Shown: piece after piece, positions 30,163 to 40,296 of the stretch
Numbering within the stretch: position 1 is the first letter of the stretch
Layout: every line of letters begins with the position of its first letter
Assembly (NCBI GenBank): GCA_035277085.1
Contig: DATELB010000123.1
Location: forward strand, 13,591-77,590
Length of the DNA: 64,000 nt
Direction: 5' to 3'
From: Nitrospira sp.
GTDB lineage: Bacteria > Nitrospirota > Nitrospiria > Nitrospirales > Nitrospiraceae
Translations under genes and position numbers: made by a program
Notes under the pieces: model-generated
The model's input: only the letters and a program-made list of their open reading frames with translations
Database searches by the model: none
What the model was told of the DNA's origin: nothing

Positions 30163-31578
30163 TTATTCAGGCAGCGACTGCACCGCCGATTTAAATTGAC
30201 GCCCACGGTCCTGGTAATCCCGAAACATGTCGAAACTCGCGCAGGCCGGCGACATCAATACGACATCACCGGCCGCTGCCTCGCGAGCTGCCCACTCCAC
30301 TGCGTCCCGCAAGGACTTCGCTTCAGTCATCGTCGTCGCTCCGGCCCATGCCTCTTTCAATAGGGGCGCCGCTTCTCCGATCAAAACCGCATGCTTCACT
30401 CGCTGGCGCACGGTTTCAGTCAGGCGGGAAAAGTCGCCGCCTTTGTCCCGTCCGCCGGCAATCAGCCAGATCGGGCGATCGATTCCTTCCAAGGCTTTTA
30501 GCGTCGCATCCACGTTCGTCCCCTTCGAATCGTTGACGAAGCGGACACCGCGCCGCTCTCTTACCAATTCCAGGGCATGTTCGAGTCCCGGGAATGTCGT
30601 CACTACCCTGCGGATAACCTCGAAAGGACACCCCCAGAGGGCACCGTAGGTGGCCGCGGCCATGACATTCTCGACGTTGTGATGACCGATGATCTTCAGA
30701 TCGCCTTTGCGGCAAATCTCCTCGCGCCGTCCGGTGACGGTCGTGACGATTTGCTCCCCGTCGAGAAACGTTCCTCCCTCGAAACCACGCCCGACGTGCC
30801 GTTGCCGCGAGAACCCGAGCCGTTTTGCGGGCACGGTGTCGGCCAGGGAGGCCACCCGCGCGTCGTCGAGATTGAAGAGAGCAAAATCACCCGCCGTCTG
30901 ATTTTCGAATATGCGGCGTTTCGCGGCGACATATTCGTCGATCGAATCGTACCGGTCCTGATGATCCACCGTCACATTCAGGATTGCGGCTGCCCAGGGA
31001 TGAAAGCGGTCGATGGTTTCGAGTTGAAAGCTGGACACTTCGACCGCGAGGTAATCGTAGGGTTGCGCACTTCCCTGTTTCTTGGCCTGCAACGCCGTCC
31101 AAGCGGCTTCGCTGAGCGCCGTGCCCAGGTTCCCGCCGACAAATGCGCGTTTCCCCTGTTCGGCCAGCATCTTTCCAATCAATGTCACGGTGGTGCTCTT
31201 CCCGTTGGTTCCCGTGACGGCAAGGATTGGAACGGAGAGGAACCGGGCGGCCAACTCAAGCTCGCTGATGACCTTGACCCCTCGTCTCCGCACCTGCTCG
31301 AGAGCTTCCAGGCGGTAGGGGATTCCGGGACTGATGACCACCAGATCGGCTTGATCCAATGAGCGCTCATACGCTGCTCCGACTGACACCTGCACGTGAG
31401 CGCGATCTACCGTCTTGAGTACAGCAGCCAACTCTTCTTCGCCTTTGCGGTCGGCAACCGTGACCTGGGCACCGGCTTCTCTGAGCAAATGACAGGCGGC
31501 GACTCCGCTTCGGGCAAGACCCAACACCGTGACACGCGCTCCGGATAAATCCACTTGTTCCGCCTCTACCATCGTCAT
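30163..31578 (-). CDS. murD: UDP-MurNAc-L-Ala--D-Glu ligase
   Basis: Start at ATG 31578, coupled to the mraY stop (TAATG). [30 protein letters not shown]. Confidence 0.97.
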   Translation of the reverse strand: MTMVEAEQVDLSGARVTVLGLARSGVAACHLLREAGAQVTVADRKGEEELAAVLKTVDRAHVQVSVGAAYERSLDQADLVVISPGIPYRLEALEQVRRRGVKVISELELAARFLSVPILAVTGTNGKSTTVTLIGKMLAEQGKRAFVGGNLGTALSEAAWTALQAKKQGSAQPYDYLAVEVSSFQLETIDRFHPWAAAILNVTVDHQDRYDSIDEYVAAKRRIFENQTAGDFALFNLDDARVASLADTVPAKRLGFSRQRHVGRGFEGGTFLDGEQIVTTVTGRREEICRKGDLKIIGHHNVENVMAAATYGALWGCPFEVIRRVVTTFPGLEHALELVRERRGVRFVNDSKGTNVDATLKALEGIDRPIWLIAGGRDKGGDFSRLTETVRQRVKHAVLIGEAAPLLKEAWAGATTMTEAKSLRDAVEWAAREAAAGDVVLMSPACASFDMFRDYQDRGRQFKSAVQSLPE

Positions 31579-32654
31579 TACCGCAGCTTCAGGGTGCTGA
31601 GGCTCAAAAGCGCCAAGAGAATCGCAATAATCCACAGTCGCACTACCACTTTCGGCTCTTCCCAGCCTTTCATTTCAAAATGGTGATGGATCGGAGCCAT
31701 GAGAAAAATCCGTTTCCCCCGCGACTTGAACGATGCCACCTGAAAGATCACGGAGACCGCTTCGATGACGAAGACACCGCCGACCATCAACAGCAGCAAC
31801 TCGTGCTTACTGATCACGGCGACAGTGCCCAAGGCCGCCCCCAAAGGCAATGAGCCCACATCGCCCATGAAGACTGACGCCGGGTACGTATTGAACCAGA
31901 GAAACCCCAGGCTCGACCCGAGAATCGCGGCCGTGAAAACGGCGATTTCACCGGCGCCTTCGATGTGCGGGATCAACAGGTAATCCGACATAATCCGGTG
32001 GCCAGCCACGTACGCGACAATCGTATAGGCGAGGGCGGCAATCATAATGGGTCCGATCGCCAGCCCATCGAGCCCGTCCGTGAGATTGACGGCGTTCGAG
32101 CTGCCGACGATGACCATGACGACAAAGACGACATAAAACCAGCCCAAGTCGGGGGTGAAGTTTTTGAAGAACGGCACGTTGAGTTTCGTTGAATAGCTGG
32201 GGAGGAAATACAGGGCCAGGGCGATCAACAACGCAACGCTGATTTGAGCGGCGAACTTTTGGGCCGGAGACAGCCCTTTCGACCGGGCCTTGATGAATTT
32301 CAGATAGTCGTCTGCAAATCCGATCGCTCCAAAACCGAGCGTCGCGATAATGACGAGCCAGACATAAGGTTTTGTGATGTCCGCCCACAAGAGCGTGGAA
32401 AGCAGCACGGCAAAGATGATGAGCAGACCTCCCATCGTCGGCGTGCCGCTTTTGGCCAAATGATGCTTAGGGCCATCATCCCTGATCTGCTGACCGAGCT
32501 TGATTTCCTGCAGCTTCCGGATAAGCCACGGAGTCAGCACGAACGCGATGAGGAAGGCTGTGACGGCGGCATAAATAATGCGGAAGCTCAGATACCTGAA
32601 GACGTTCAGGAAGCCGTATTCCGTATGCAGCGGATATAACCAGTTGTACAGCAT
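31578..32654 (-). CDS. mraY: Phospho-MurNAc-pentapeptide transferase
   Basis: [39 protein letters not shown]. Confidence 0.98.
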   Translation of the reverse strand: MLYNWLYPLHTEYGFLNVFRYLSFRIIYAAVTAFLIAFVLTPWLIRKLQEIKLGQQIRDDGPKHHLAKSGTPTMGGLLIIFAVLLSTLLWADITKPYVWLVIIATLGFGAIGFADDYLKFIKARSKGLSPAQKFAAQISVALLIALALYFLPSYSTKLNVPFFKNFTPDLGWFYVVFVVMVIVGSSNAVNLTDGLDGLAIGPIMIAALAYTIVAYVAGHRIMSDYLLIPHIEGAGEIAVFTAAILGSSLGFLWFNTYPASVFMGDVGSLPLGAALGTVAVISKHELLLLMVGGVFVIEAVSVIFQVASFKSRGKRIFLMAPIHHHFEMKGWEEPKVVVRLWIIAILLALLSLSTLKLR

Positions 32655-32685
32655 GCCTGCGTGCCGCTTCTAATCGTTCACGATG

Positions 32686-34122
32686 TTACGACGCCTGCTT
32701 TGTAACGGCCTTCATGCCGGTCAAACTCTGCACGATTTGTTCCATCCGCATGCCGCGAGAGGCCTTCACCAGAATCACGTCGCCGCGTCGAACGGATTTC
32801 TTGAGAAAATCTGCTGCGGCACCGGCATCCGACAGTTCGACGATGGCCTGTTCCGACATGCCGGCCTCTCTGGCTCCCGCCGCGATCTCGCGGCCGAGGT
32901 CTCCGCACGCGACCAAACGCGAGAGGGGCAATGCAGCTGCAAACCCGCCGACTTCACGATGCAGTTGCTGTGCTCCTCGCCCAAGCTCCAGCATATCGCC
33001 CAGCACCGCCACGCGGTCACGGGCGGGAGTCCACTCGCTAAGAAGCTGCAAAGCCGCTTTCATCGAGGCCGGATTGGCGTTGTAGCAGTCGTTGATGATC
33101 TGCACGCCGTGATGGTTCATGACTTGAGAGCGCATCGCAGCGGGACGGAATTTCGTCAAACCCTCTGCGATCATTGTGCCGGTGAAATTCAATGAGAATC
33201 CGACAGCTGCGGCAGCGAGCGCATTGGTCACGTTGTGGGCACCATGGACCTTGATCCGGACTGACACGGGGCGGCTCTTCCCCGGCAGCCGAAGGCTGAA
33301 CGTTGTCCCCTGGCGCGCGTCGGAGATGACTTCAAGTCCCCGTACCTGCGCCCTCTCCGACAATCCAAACGAGACCACCCGGCATCTCGCACGGGCGGCC
33401 AGGTAATCGAAATACGGATCATCCGCATTGAGGACAGCCGTCCCCTCTAAGGGAAGCATGTCGAGAAGTTCCGCTTTCGCCTGCGCTGAACCTTCCATGC
33501 CGCCGAAAAATTCGAGGTGATCGGGCCCGATGTTGGTAATCAATCCGACGGTCGGGCGGACAATTTCACAGAGGCGCGTCGTTTGTCCTCGATGGTCGAC
33601 GCCCATCTCGATCACCGCCGCTTGGTGTCTGGCGGTGAGGCGAAACAATGTATGCGGCACGCCGATACGATTGTTGTAGTTGCCTTCCGTTTTGAGCGTT
33701 CGCCAGCGCGCGGCCAACACGCTCGCCACCATGTCTTTGCTCGTCGTTTTTCCGTTGCTCCCCGTGACGGCGACAACGGGAATAGAGAAACGACTCCGAT
33801 GGTGAGTCGCGAGCTGTTGATAGGCAAACAAGGGATCCTGCACCCCGAAAACAACGGGCTCGTTGGATCTTGCCCTTGTCCCCTCGAATTGATATCCATC
33901 GTGAACGATCGCCCCGGCGGCCCCCTTCGCCAAGACCGTGGGAACGAATTGGTGGCCGTCGAACCGGTCTCCCCGGAGTGCCACGAACAGATCGCCACGA
34001 CGGATGGAGCGAGAGTCCGTACTAATGCCGCGGAACCGCCGTTTCGCGGATGGCGAGGGATCGCCTGCGAGCACCTTCACGCTGATGACTTCCCGCAGCT
34101 CAGCCACGGTAAAGAGCGCCAT
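32686..34122 (-). CDS. murF: UDP-MurNAc-tripeptide--D-Ala-D-Ala ligase
   Basis: SD GAGGAG before ATG 34122. DSR, TGSNGKTT, NYNNRIG, DCYNANP, VKASRGM. Confidence 0.96.
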   Translation of the reverse strand: MALFTVAELREVISVKVLAGDPSPSAKRRFRGISTDSRSIRRGDLFVALRGDRFDGHQFVPTVLAKGAAGAIVHDGYQFEGTRARSNEPVVFGVQDPLFAYQQLATHHRSRFSIPVVAVTGSNGKTTSKDMVASVLAARWRTLKTEGNYNNRIGVPHTLFRLTARHQAAVIEMGVDHRGQTTRLCEIVRPTVGLITNIGPDHLEFFGGMEGSAQAKAELLDMLPLEGTAVLNADDPYFDYLAARARCRVVSFGLSERAQVRGLEVISDARQGTTFSLRLPGKSRPVSVRIKVHGAHNVTNALAAAAVGFSLNFTGTMIAEGLTKFRPAAMRSQVMNHHGVQIINDCYNANPASMKAALQLLSEWTPARDRVAVLGDMLELGRGAQQLHREVGGFAAALPLSRLVACGDLGREIAAGAREAGMSEQAIVELSDAGAAADFLKKSVRRGDVILVKASRGMRMEQIVQSLTGMKAVTKQAS

Positions 34123-34163
34123 GCTCTCCTCGGCTCGGTCGGACCTTCCAACCGGATGCACGG

Positions 34164-35681
34164 TCACGCGCAATTCCTCAACTGCTGTATCGCCTCGCGA
34201 GCTACTTCACGATCGTCGAAGTGGACCTTTTTCGTTCCGAGGATTTGGTAATCCTCGTGGCCCTTGCCCGCGATGAGCACGATATCTCCCGATCGAGCCA
34301 GACGAACGGCCGCTCCAATGGCCTCGCGCCGGTCGGGAACAAGATGGTATTCAACGCTTGGACGGCTTTGCAGCGCCTCGCGTACACCGGCTTCCACTTC
34401 GCGAAGAATGGCCACAGGATCTTCGGTTCGGGGATTGTCGGAGGTCAGCACGACGACGTCGCTGTAGTCCACGGCGGCACGGCCCATCTTGGGACGCTTG
34501 CCGCGGTCGCGATCTCCTCCGCAGCCGAACACCGTGATGATTCGATGCGTCTTCAAGCCTTGCGCAGCGGTCAGCAGGCGGACCAATGCGTCCTCGGTAT
34601 GGGCATAATCTACGACAACCGTAAAATCCTGCCCGGCCGATATGCGCTCGAATCGACCGGGCACGTTGGTCAAGGAGGCCACCGCCTCTTGCACCTGAAC
34701 ACAGGTCGCTCCTGCGTGCAGCGCCACGCCGATCGCGCCGAGCAGGTTGTAGACGTTGTGTTCACCGACCAGACGGCTTTCGACGCTGAAGACGCCGGCC
34801 GGCGTGGCGGCTGTGAAGGTGGAACCATTCATTGACAGGCGCATATGTTCCGCCTGCAGGTCTGCCCTGCCTTTGACGGCGAAGCCCCAAACGGGCACGC
34901 GGCAGGCTGCACGAACCAGTGCGCCTCGGGGATCATCCATGTTGACGATGGCGCGTTGACCGGTTTTCTTGCCCTGGCCGAGCGACGTAAACAGGCGCAA
35001 CTTCGCCTGGAAGTACTCTTCCATCGTGCGGTGATAGTCGAGGTGATCCTGCGTGAGGTTGGTGAAGACGGCGGCGTCGTATTCGCATCCTGCCGTGCGG
35101 TCCATGGCCAAGGCATGGGAGGATACCTCCATGGCGACGCTGTCCATGCCGGCCTGACTCATCCTAGCCAGTAGTCCTTGCAATTCGAGCGCCCCGGGCG
35201 TCGTATGAGAAGCCGGAAGGACTTCGGAGCCAATTTGATAGGCGACCGTCCCGATCAATCCAACGTGACGACCCATCCCTTCCAGGAGTGCTTTACAGAG
35301 GTAGGTCGTGGTCGTCTTGCCGTTGGTTCCTGTCACACCCACCATCGTTAATCGCGCCGACGGATCCCCGTAGAATCGGCTGCCGATCAGGCCCAGGGCC
35401 TTGCGAGAATCCGCCACCTTCACGAACGACACGGATGCCTGCTCCACCGATTCCTGACCGACAATCGCCGCTGCACCTGCTTGTATCGCCTCGGTCACAT
35501 AGCGGTGGCCGTCCACGCGCTCACCCTTTACGGCGACGAAGAGACTGCCGGCGGCAACAGCGCGCGAGTCGTCCGTCACGGAGGTGACGCCGGCGTCCAA
35601 AGTTCCGTGCCGTTCAATGATCGGGACCTGGCCGTTGAGCGCCGAAAGCAACTGCATGACGGTTGTGGTTCGCTGTTCCAT
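34164..35681 (-). CDS. murE: UDP-MurNAc-dipeptide--diaminopimelate ligase
   Basis: TGTNGKTTT, TTPG, EVSSHAL, TNLTQDHLDYH, DYAHT, DNPR (mDAP-specific), AGKGHE. Confidence 0.97.
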   Translation of the reverse strand: MEQRTTTVMQLLSALNGQVPIIERHGTLDAGVTSVTDDSRAVAAGSLFVAVKGERVDGHRYVTEAIQAGAAAIVGQESVEQASVSFVKVADSRKALGLIGSRFYGDPSARLTMVGVTGTNGKTTTTYLCKALLEGMGRHVGLIGTVAYQIGSEVLPASHTTPGALELQGLLARMSQAGMDSVAMEVSSHALAMDRTAGCEYDAAVFTNLTQDHLDYHRTMEEYFQAKLRLFTSLGQGKKTGQRAIVNMDDPRGALVRAACRVPVWGFAVKGRADLQAEHMRLSMNGSTFTAATPAGVFSVESRLVGEHNVYNLLGAIGVALHAGATCVQVQEAVASLTNVPGRFERISAGQDFTVVVDYAHTEDALVRLLTAAQGLKTHRIITVFGCGGDRDRGKRPKMGRAAVDYSDVVVLTSDNPRTEDPVAILREVEAGVREALQSRPSVEYHLVPDRREAIGAAVRLARSGDIVLIAGKGHEDYQILGTKKVHFDDREVAREAIQQLRNCA

Positions 35682-35685
35682 CGGA

Positions 35686-37392
35686 CTATCTCGCCGCCAT
35701 CGCTATTTTGACCTGATCATCCCGAGGCACGCCCATGTACGTCAGCACCTGCTCTCCGACTCGACGAAACACCGGAGCCGCCACGACACCGCCCCAGGCC
35801 TCGCCCTGCGGTTCATCGATCACGACGATCATTGCCAGGCGCGGCGCGTCCGCCGGTACGAAGCCGACGAAGCTACCGATTGAGAGCGCGGATGAGTAGG
35901 CTCCCGTGCGAGGGTCTACCTTTTGCGCAGTTCCTGTCTTTCCAGCCGCGCGAAAACCCGGAATGGCGGCCTTTGCCCCGGTCCCGTTGGTGACGACGCC
36001 TTCCATAATGGTCGTAAGCATACGGGCAGTCGCCGGTGAAACCACCCGACGTTTCACCTGGGGAAGCGCCTCCTTCACAGGCTGCCCCTTTTGATCCCTC
36101 ACCTGCGACACGATAAAAGGCTTCATCAGAACGCCGTCATTGGCGATCGCTGACACTGCGGAGACCATTTGCAACGGGGTGACTCCAACCTCCTGCCCCA
36201 TGGAGATGGACGCGAGCGACCGACGGCCCCACTCGCGCGGAGACTTCAGCAGTCCGGCCACTTCGCCAGGGAGGTCGATGTCCGTGCGTTGGCCGAATCC
36301 GAAGGCCTGCAGGTACCGATATAGCCGCTGGTCGCCCAGCAGCATGCCGGTTTTCGCGGCACCGATGTTGCTCGACTTTTGGATCATTTGGGCGAATGTC
36401 ATCCATCCGAGCTTTTCGTGATCGTGGATCGTCGTGTTGGCGACGGTCATCCTGCCGTTCTCGCCGAACAACATGGAGCCCGGCATCATCAGCCTCTCCT
36501 CCAGGGCGGCCGCCGCCACGACGAGCTTCATGGTGGAACCCGGTTCGTAGGTATCGGTGAGCGCCCGATTCCGCCACCGGTCAGCCGTCAACGACGCCAC
36601 GGCATTCGGATCGAATCGCGGGCTGACTGCCATTGCCAGGATGGCGCCGCTCCGTGGTTCCATGACGATAATGGTCCCCGACTTTGCGTGGGCCTGATCG
36701 ACGGCTTCTTCCAATTCCTTTTCCGCGATGTATTGAATGACCTCGTCAATGGTGAGTGTGAGCGTTTGCCCGGCAGACGGAGCCTGCTCACGAAGCCCTT
36801 TCGGGAAAACTGTTCGGCCGAGCGCATCACGCTGGAGCACCGTCAATCGTTTTTCTCCATGCAGTTGGGATTCATAACGGCGCTCCAATCCCTCAAGACC
36901 GACACCGTCCATCCCTACAAACCCAAGGACATGCGAGAGCAAAGGCCCTTTCGGGTAAAATCTTCGGCCCTCCATTACCATGCCGATCCCATCAATCGAC
37001 AATTGTTCGAGCCTACGGCCTTGCTCCGGCTCCACCTTTCTCGCCAGCCACACAAAATGTTTCTCCTGCCGGAGCTTCTTTTCGAGGTCCTCCCGGCGGA
37101 TGTGCAGCACCGGCGACAAGGTCCTCGCAGCCCCCGCAGGACTATCGAGCGATGTGGGCACGCCGAAGATCGAGGGCACTTCGACATTCATCGCCAACAC
37201 CTTCCCATGACGGTCGGTCACCGTCCCGCGGGCGCCTTCGAGCGTTACCGTTTTCTGATGTTGTCGGTCCGCGCGCGCGGTGAGTTCAGCCGCTTGCAGT
37301 ACCTGGAGGTTGACCAGTCGGAACAGGATGGCGCCGAACCCAGCCAGAAGCAGGGCCAGCAGAACGTATCGACGGCCGCGCGATGGCCCCAT
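35686..37392 (-). CDS. ftsI: Penicillin-binding protein 3 (FtsI)
   Basis: EPGSTMK (SxxK), SSN (SxN), GKTGTAQK. Confidence 0.95.
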   Translation of the reverse strand: MGPSRGRRYVLLALLLAGFGAILFRLVNLQVLQAAELTARADRQHQKTVTLEGARGTVTDRHGKVLAMNVEVPSIFGVPTSLDSPAGAARTLSPVLHIRREDLEKKLRQEKHFVWLARKVEPEQGRRLEQLSIDGIGMVMEGRRFYPKGPLLSHVLGFVGMDGVGLEGLERRYESQLHGEKRLTVLQRDALGRTVFPKGLREQAPSAGQTLTLTIDEVIQYIAEKELEEAVDQAHAKSGTIIVMEPRSGAILAMAVSPRFDPNAVASLTADRWRNRALTDTYEPGSTMKLVVAAAALEERLMMPGSMLFGENGRMTVANTTIHDHEKLGWMTFAQMIQKSSNIGAAKTGMLLGDQRLYRYLQAFGFGQRTDIDLPGEVAGLLKSPREWGRRSLASISMGQEVGVTPLQMVSAVSAIANDGVLMKPFIVSQVRDQKGQPVKEALPQVKRRVVSPATARMLTTIMEGVVTNGTGAKAAIPGFRAAGKTGTAQKVDPRTGAYSSALSIGSFVGFVPADAPRLAMIVVIDEPQGEAWGGVVAAPVFRRVGEQVLTYMGVPRDDQVKIAMAAR

Positions 37393-37394
37393 GA

Positions 37395-37727
37395 CTACCT
37401 TGCGCCTCCGGCAACCGGCATGCTGCGGGCGATCCTTACTTGATCTACGGCCGTTGCCGCCAACGGCATATCGGGCTGCGGATGAATGATAAACAGCTGC
37501 CCCTGCTGTGCGGGGAACAACCCCAGCTTCTCTGTGGCGAGTTTGGCAATCCGCTCGGGCGCCGTGAGGGCAGAAACCTTGACTTGCAACTGATCCCGGT
37601 CCCGCTCAAGCAGCGTCTTTTGCACCTTAAGGCGCTCGATGGAATAACCCAACCGAACCACATCGACCCGTTCCCAGACGAAGACGAACACGAGACATAC
37701 TCCGGCTATGACAGCAACCGCTTTCAT
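37395..37727 (-). CDS. ftsL: Cell division protein FtsL
   Basis: Short TM helix, leucine-zipper coiled coil and ERIAKLA.EKLGL; located between rsmH and ftsI. Confidence 0.8.
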   Translation of the reverse strand: MKAVAVIAGVCLVFVFVWERVDVVRLGYSIERLKVQKTLLERDRDQLQVKVSALTAPERIAKLATEKLGLFPAQQGQLFIIHPQPDMPLAATAVDQVRIARSMPVAGGAR

Positions 37728-38680
37728 GCATGTCCCTCCTTCATCGACCGCTGCAGAACTCGGAGCTTGGCGCTTCGCGAGCGGGGATTTTGATCCAGTT
37801 CATGCTCCGATGGCGTCTGCGGCCGCTTCGTCAGTACGTCCAGGTCGCCACGCTGCGCTGAAAGGGCCCTAAACGTGTGCTTGACGATCCGATCCTCGAG
37901 CGAATGAAACGAAATGACGCAAAGCCGAGCCCCCGGCGCCAATACAGTTGCCGCATCCGTGAGCGACGCCTCCAAATGGTCCAACTCCTGATTAACCGCA
38001 ATCCGTAGGGCTTGAAAGGTCCTAGTTGCGCAATGGATACGACCACGGCGATAGTGAGCCGGGACCGCCGACTCGATGACTGATGCCAACTGGCTCGTGG
38101 CGGTGAATGCACGGTGACGACGGGCGCTGACGATGGCCCGGGCGATGCGACGTGAATACCGTTCTTCACCCAAGCGGTAAATCATGTCTGCCAAGCTACC
38201 TTCGTCCAACCCATTTACAATATCAGCTGCAGTCCCATCACTTCCCTGATCCATTCGCATGTCGAGCGGTCCCTCCGACCGAAAACTGAAACCTCGGGAA
38301 GGGTCGTCAAGTTGCGGCGAGGACACTCCCAGGTCGAACAACACGCCGTCTACGCGCTGAATACGACGCTGCATCAGGATCGTCTTCAATTCCATGAAAT
38401 GCGCCTTCACAAGCCAGGCGCGGTCTCCGAATGCATGAAGGCGTTCGCGGCACGAATTAATGGCTTGGAGATCTCGATCGATTCCGAGCAGAATTCCGTC
38501 TGGCTGGCATGAACTAAGAATCGCAAGCGCATGTCCACAATACCCCACGGTACAATCCACGTAGATGCCGCCCGACTGCGGGCGGAGCCACTGAAGCACT
38601 TCCGCGGCCATGACTGGAAAGTGCACAGAGCTTGCGCTGCATCTCTCATCACCAGTTTCCCCCACATTCTCCCACGCCAT
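37724..38680 (-). CDS. rsmH: 16S rRNA m4C1402 methyltransferase (start either 38680 or GTG 38626)
   Basis: HFPVM, DCTVG.CGHA, FDLGVSSPQLD, RGFSF, LDMRMD, ISFHSLEDRIVK, NPRSRSAKLR. Confidence 0.96.
   Translation of the reverse strand: MAWENVGETGDERCSASSVHFPVMAAEVLQWLRPQSGGIYVDCTVGYCGHALAILSSCQPDGILLGIDRDLQAINSCRERLHAFGDRAWLVKAHFMELKTILMQRRIQRVDGVLFDLGVSSPQLDDPSRGFSFRSEGPLDMRMDQGSDGTAADIVNGLDEGSLADMIYRLGEERYSRRIARAIVSARRHRAFTATSQLASVIESAVPAHYRRGRIHCATRTFQALRIAVNQELDHLEASLTDAATVLAPGARLCVISFHSLEDRIVKHTFRALSAQRGDLDVLTKRPQTPSEHELDQNPRSRSAKLRVLQRSMKEGHA
38651..38675 (-). promoter_or_regulatory. MraZ-type operator (three direct repeats at 10-nt period)
   Basis: Minus strand GTGGG-AGAAT-GTGGG-GGAAA-CTGGT, immediately downstream of the dcw promoter. 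Matches the TGGG(N) 10-nt-period boxes bound by MraZ. Confidence 0.7.
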
Positions 38681-38685
38681 GGCGG

Positions 38686-38713
38686 AGTATACTCTTAGGT
38701 AAGACATTGTCAA
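38686..38713 (-). promoter_or_regulatory. dcw cluster sigma70 promoter
   Basis: TTGACA (38713-38708), 16-nt spacer, TATACT (38691-38686), with AT-rich sequence upstream. Confidence 0.8.
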
Positions 38714-38821
38714 TATAAAATTCATGCACTTACAGGTTTTCTAGAACGACCGAAAAAAGACGCATTTTGCCCGCTGGAAAGAGGTCCCACAATTGGGGTT
38801 GCGAGCAGATATGGACACGAA

Positions 38822-38842
38822 GAGACCCCAGAAAGGGATCTC
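38822..38842 (-). terminator. Possible terminator hairpin after asnS
   Basis: Minus strand GAGATCCC-tttct-GGGGTCTC (8 bp, one G-U) followed only by a weak U run. Confidence 0.35.
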
Positions 38843-38872
38843 GAAGCATCCAAAAGTCAGTCGGTGGACAAC

Positions 38873-40165
38873 TTAGGGATAGAGCTTGTACAGCATGCGG
38901 GGGAAGGGAATCGTTTCACGCACGTGTTCGATACCGCAAATCCAGGCAACAGCGCGTTCTATGCCCATTCCAAAGCCTGCATGAGGCACCGACCCGAATT
39001 GCCGCAAATCCAGATACCATTTGAAAGCTTCCTCGGGAAGACCGTGTTCCTTCAGGCGTCCGCGCAATAATTCCGCATCATGGATACGTTGACCGCCGCC
39101 AATGATCTCTCCGTACCCCTCTGGCGCCAGAACGTCCATGCAGAGCGCAAGATCAGGCCGCGCCTCGTCCGGTTGCATATAGAAAGCCTTGAGCGCTGTC
39201 GGATAGCGGTGAATGATCACCGGCCGATCATACTCCTGTGAGATGATGGTCTCTTCATCCCCTCCAAAGTCCTCTCCGAGCTTTGTGGGATTGTTTTTCT
39301 GTTGCAACAGTCTAATCGCTTCCTCGTAGGTGAGCCGGGGAAAGGGCGCCTTCACCGATTCGAGCTTCCGGACATCTCGCTCGAGCACTGACAATTCATT
39401 CCTTCGTGTTTCCAGCACTCTTTCCACGATGAAGCTTAAAAACTCTTCCGCGAGCGCCATCATATCGTCCAGCTGCGCGAAGGCGACTTCCGGCTCGACC
39501 ATCCAAAATTCCATCAGATGCCGCCGTGTCTTCGATTTCTCTGCTCGAAACGTCGGACCGAAACAGTACACTTTACCGAAAGCCGCTGCTGTTGCCTCAC
39601 TGTAAAGCTGGCCGCTCTGCGTCAGATACGCCGTTTCATCAAAATACTGCGTGTGAAACAGCGTCGTCGTGCCCTCACAGGCGTTCGGCGTAAAGATCGG
39701 CGCATCTACAAGAATGAAGCCACGGTCGTCAAAAAAGTTCCGGCAGGCCCGAACGATCTCGTGACGTATCCGGAGAATGGCGTGCTGCCGGTGAGAGCGC
39801 AGCCACAAGTGACGATGTTCCATCAAGAAACCGACACCATGTTCCTTCGGTTGAATGGGAAAGGGCTGAGCGAGTTGCAGGGCTTCGATGGTGCGGACGT
39901 CAAGCTCGTACCCTCCCGGCGCACGATCGTCTTGCCTAAGTTGCCCCGTCACAATGAACGAGGATTCCTGCGTGAGCCTGGCCGAGACGGCGAATTGTTC
40001 ATCGCCGACGGTTTTCTTACTCACGACCGCCTGCAGGTCGCCGGTGCCGTCGCGGATCGTCAAAAAATGTAGTTTGCCGCTATCACGGCGGCTTCGCAGC
40101 CATCCACGTACGGTCACTTCCTGTCCCACATACCGTGCAGCCGCCTCAATCATCATCACCGGCAT
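38873..40165 (-). CDS. asnS: Asparagine--tRNA ligase
   Basis: SD AGGAGG before ATG 40165. OB fold, [52 protein letters not shown]. Confidence 0.96.
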   Translation of the reverse strand: MPVMMIEAAARYVGQEVTVRGWLRSRRDSGKLHFLTIRDGTGDLQAVVSKKTVGDEQFAVSARLTQESSFIVTGQLRQDDRAPGGYELDVRTIEALQLAQPFPIQPKEHGVGFLMEHRHLWLRSHRQHAILRIRHEIVRACRNFFDDRGFILVDAPIFTPNACEGTTTLFHTQYFDETAYLTQSGQLYSEATAAAFGKVYCFGPTFRAEKSKTRRHLMEFWMVEPEVAFAQLDDMMALAEEFLSFIVERVLETRRNELSVLERDVRKLESVKAPFPRLTYEEAIRLLQQKNNPTKLGEDFGGDEETIISQEYDRPVIIHRYPTALKAFYMQPDEARPDLALCMDVLAPEGYGEIIGGGQRIHDAELLRGRLKEHGLPEEAFKWYLDLRQFGSVPHAGFGMGIERAVAWICGIEHVRETIPFPRMLYKLYP

Positions 40166-40212
40166 GAGACACATCCTCCTACGACTATGCGCATGTCCAC
40201 GGGATGAACGGC

Positions 40213-40241
40213 AGCCTAGCGGATTGCCGGTCCGCATTCAA
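40213..40241 (-). promoter_or_regulatory. Promoter of asnS
   Basis: TTGAAT (40241-40236), 17-nt spacer, TAGGCT (40218-40213). Confidence 0.55.
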
Positions 40242-40262
40242 GAATACGAAGCCGCAGTTTTG

Positions 40263-40290
40263 TTGACAAGGTGCCTTCCGGGGATAAAAT
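40263..40290 (+). promoter_or_regulatory. Promoter of the repeat-protein gene (leaderless geometry)
   Basis: TTGACA, 16-nt spacer, TAAAAT, then 6 nt to ATG 40297 with no SD. Confidence 0.7.
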
Positions 40291-40296
40291 CAAGCT

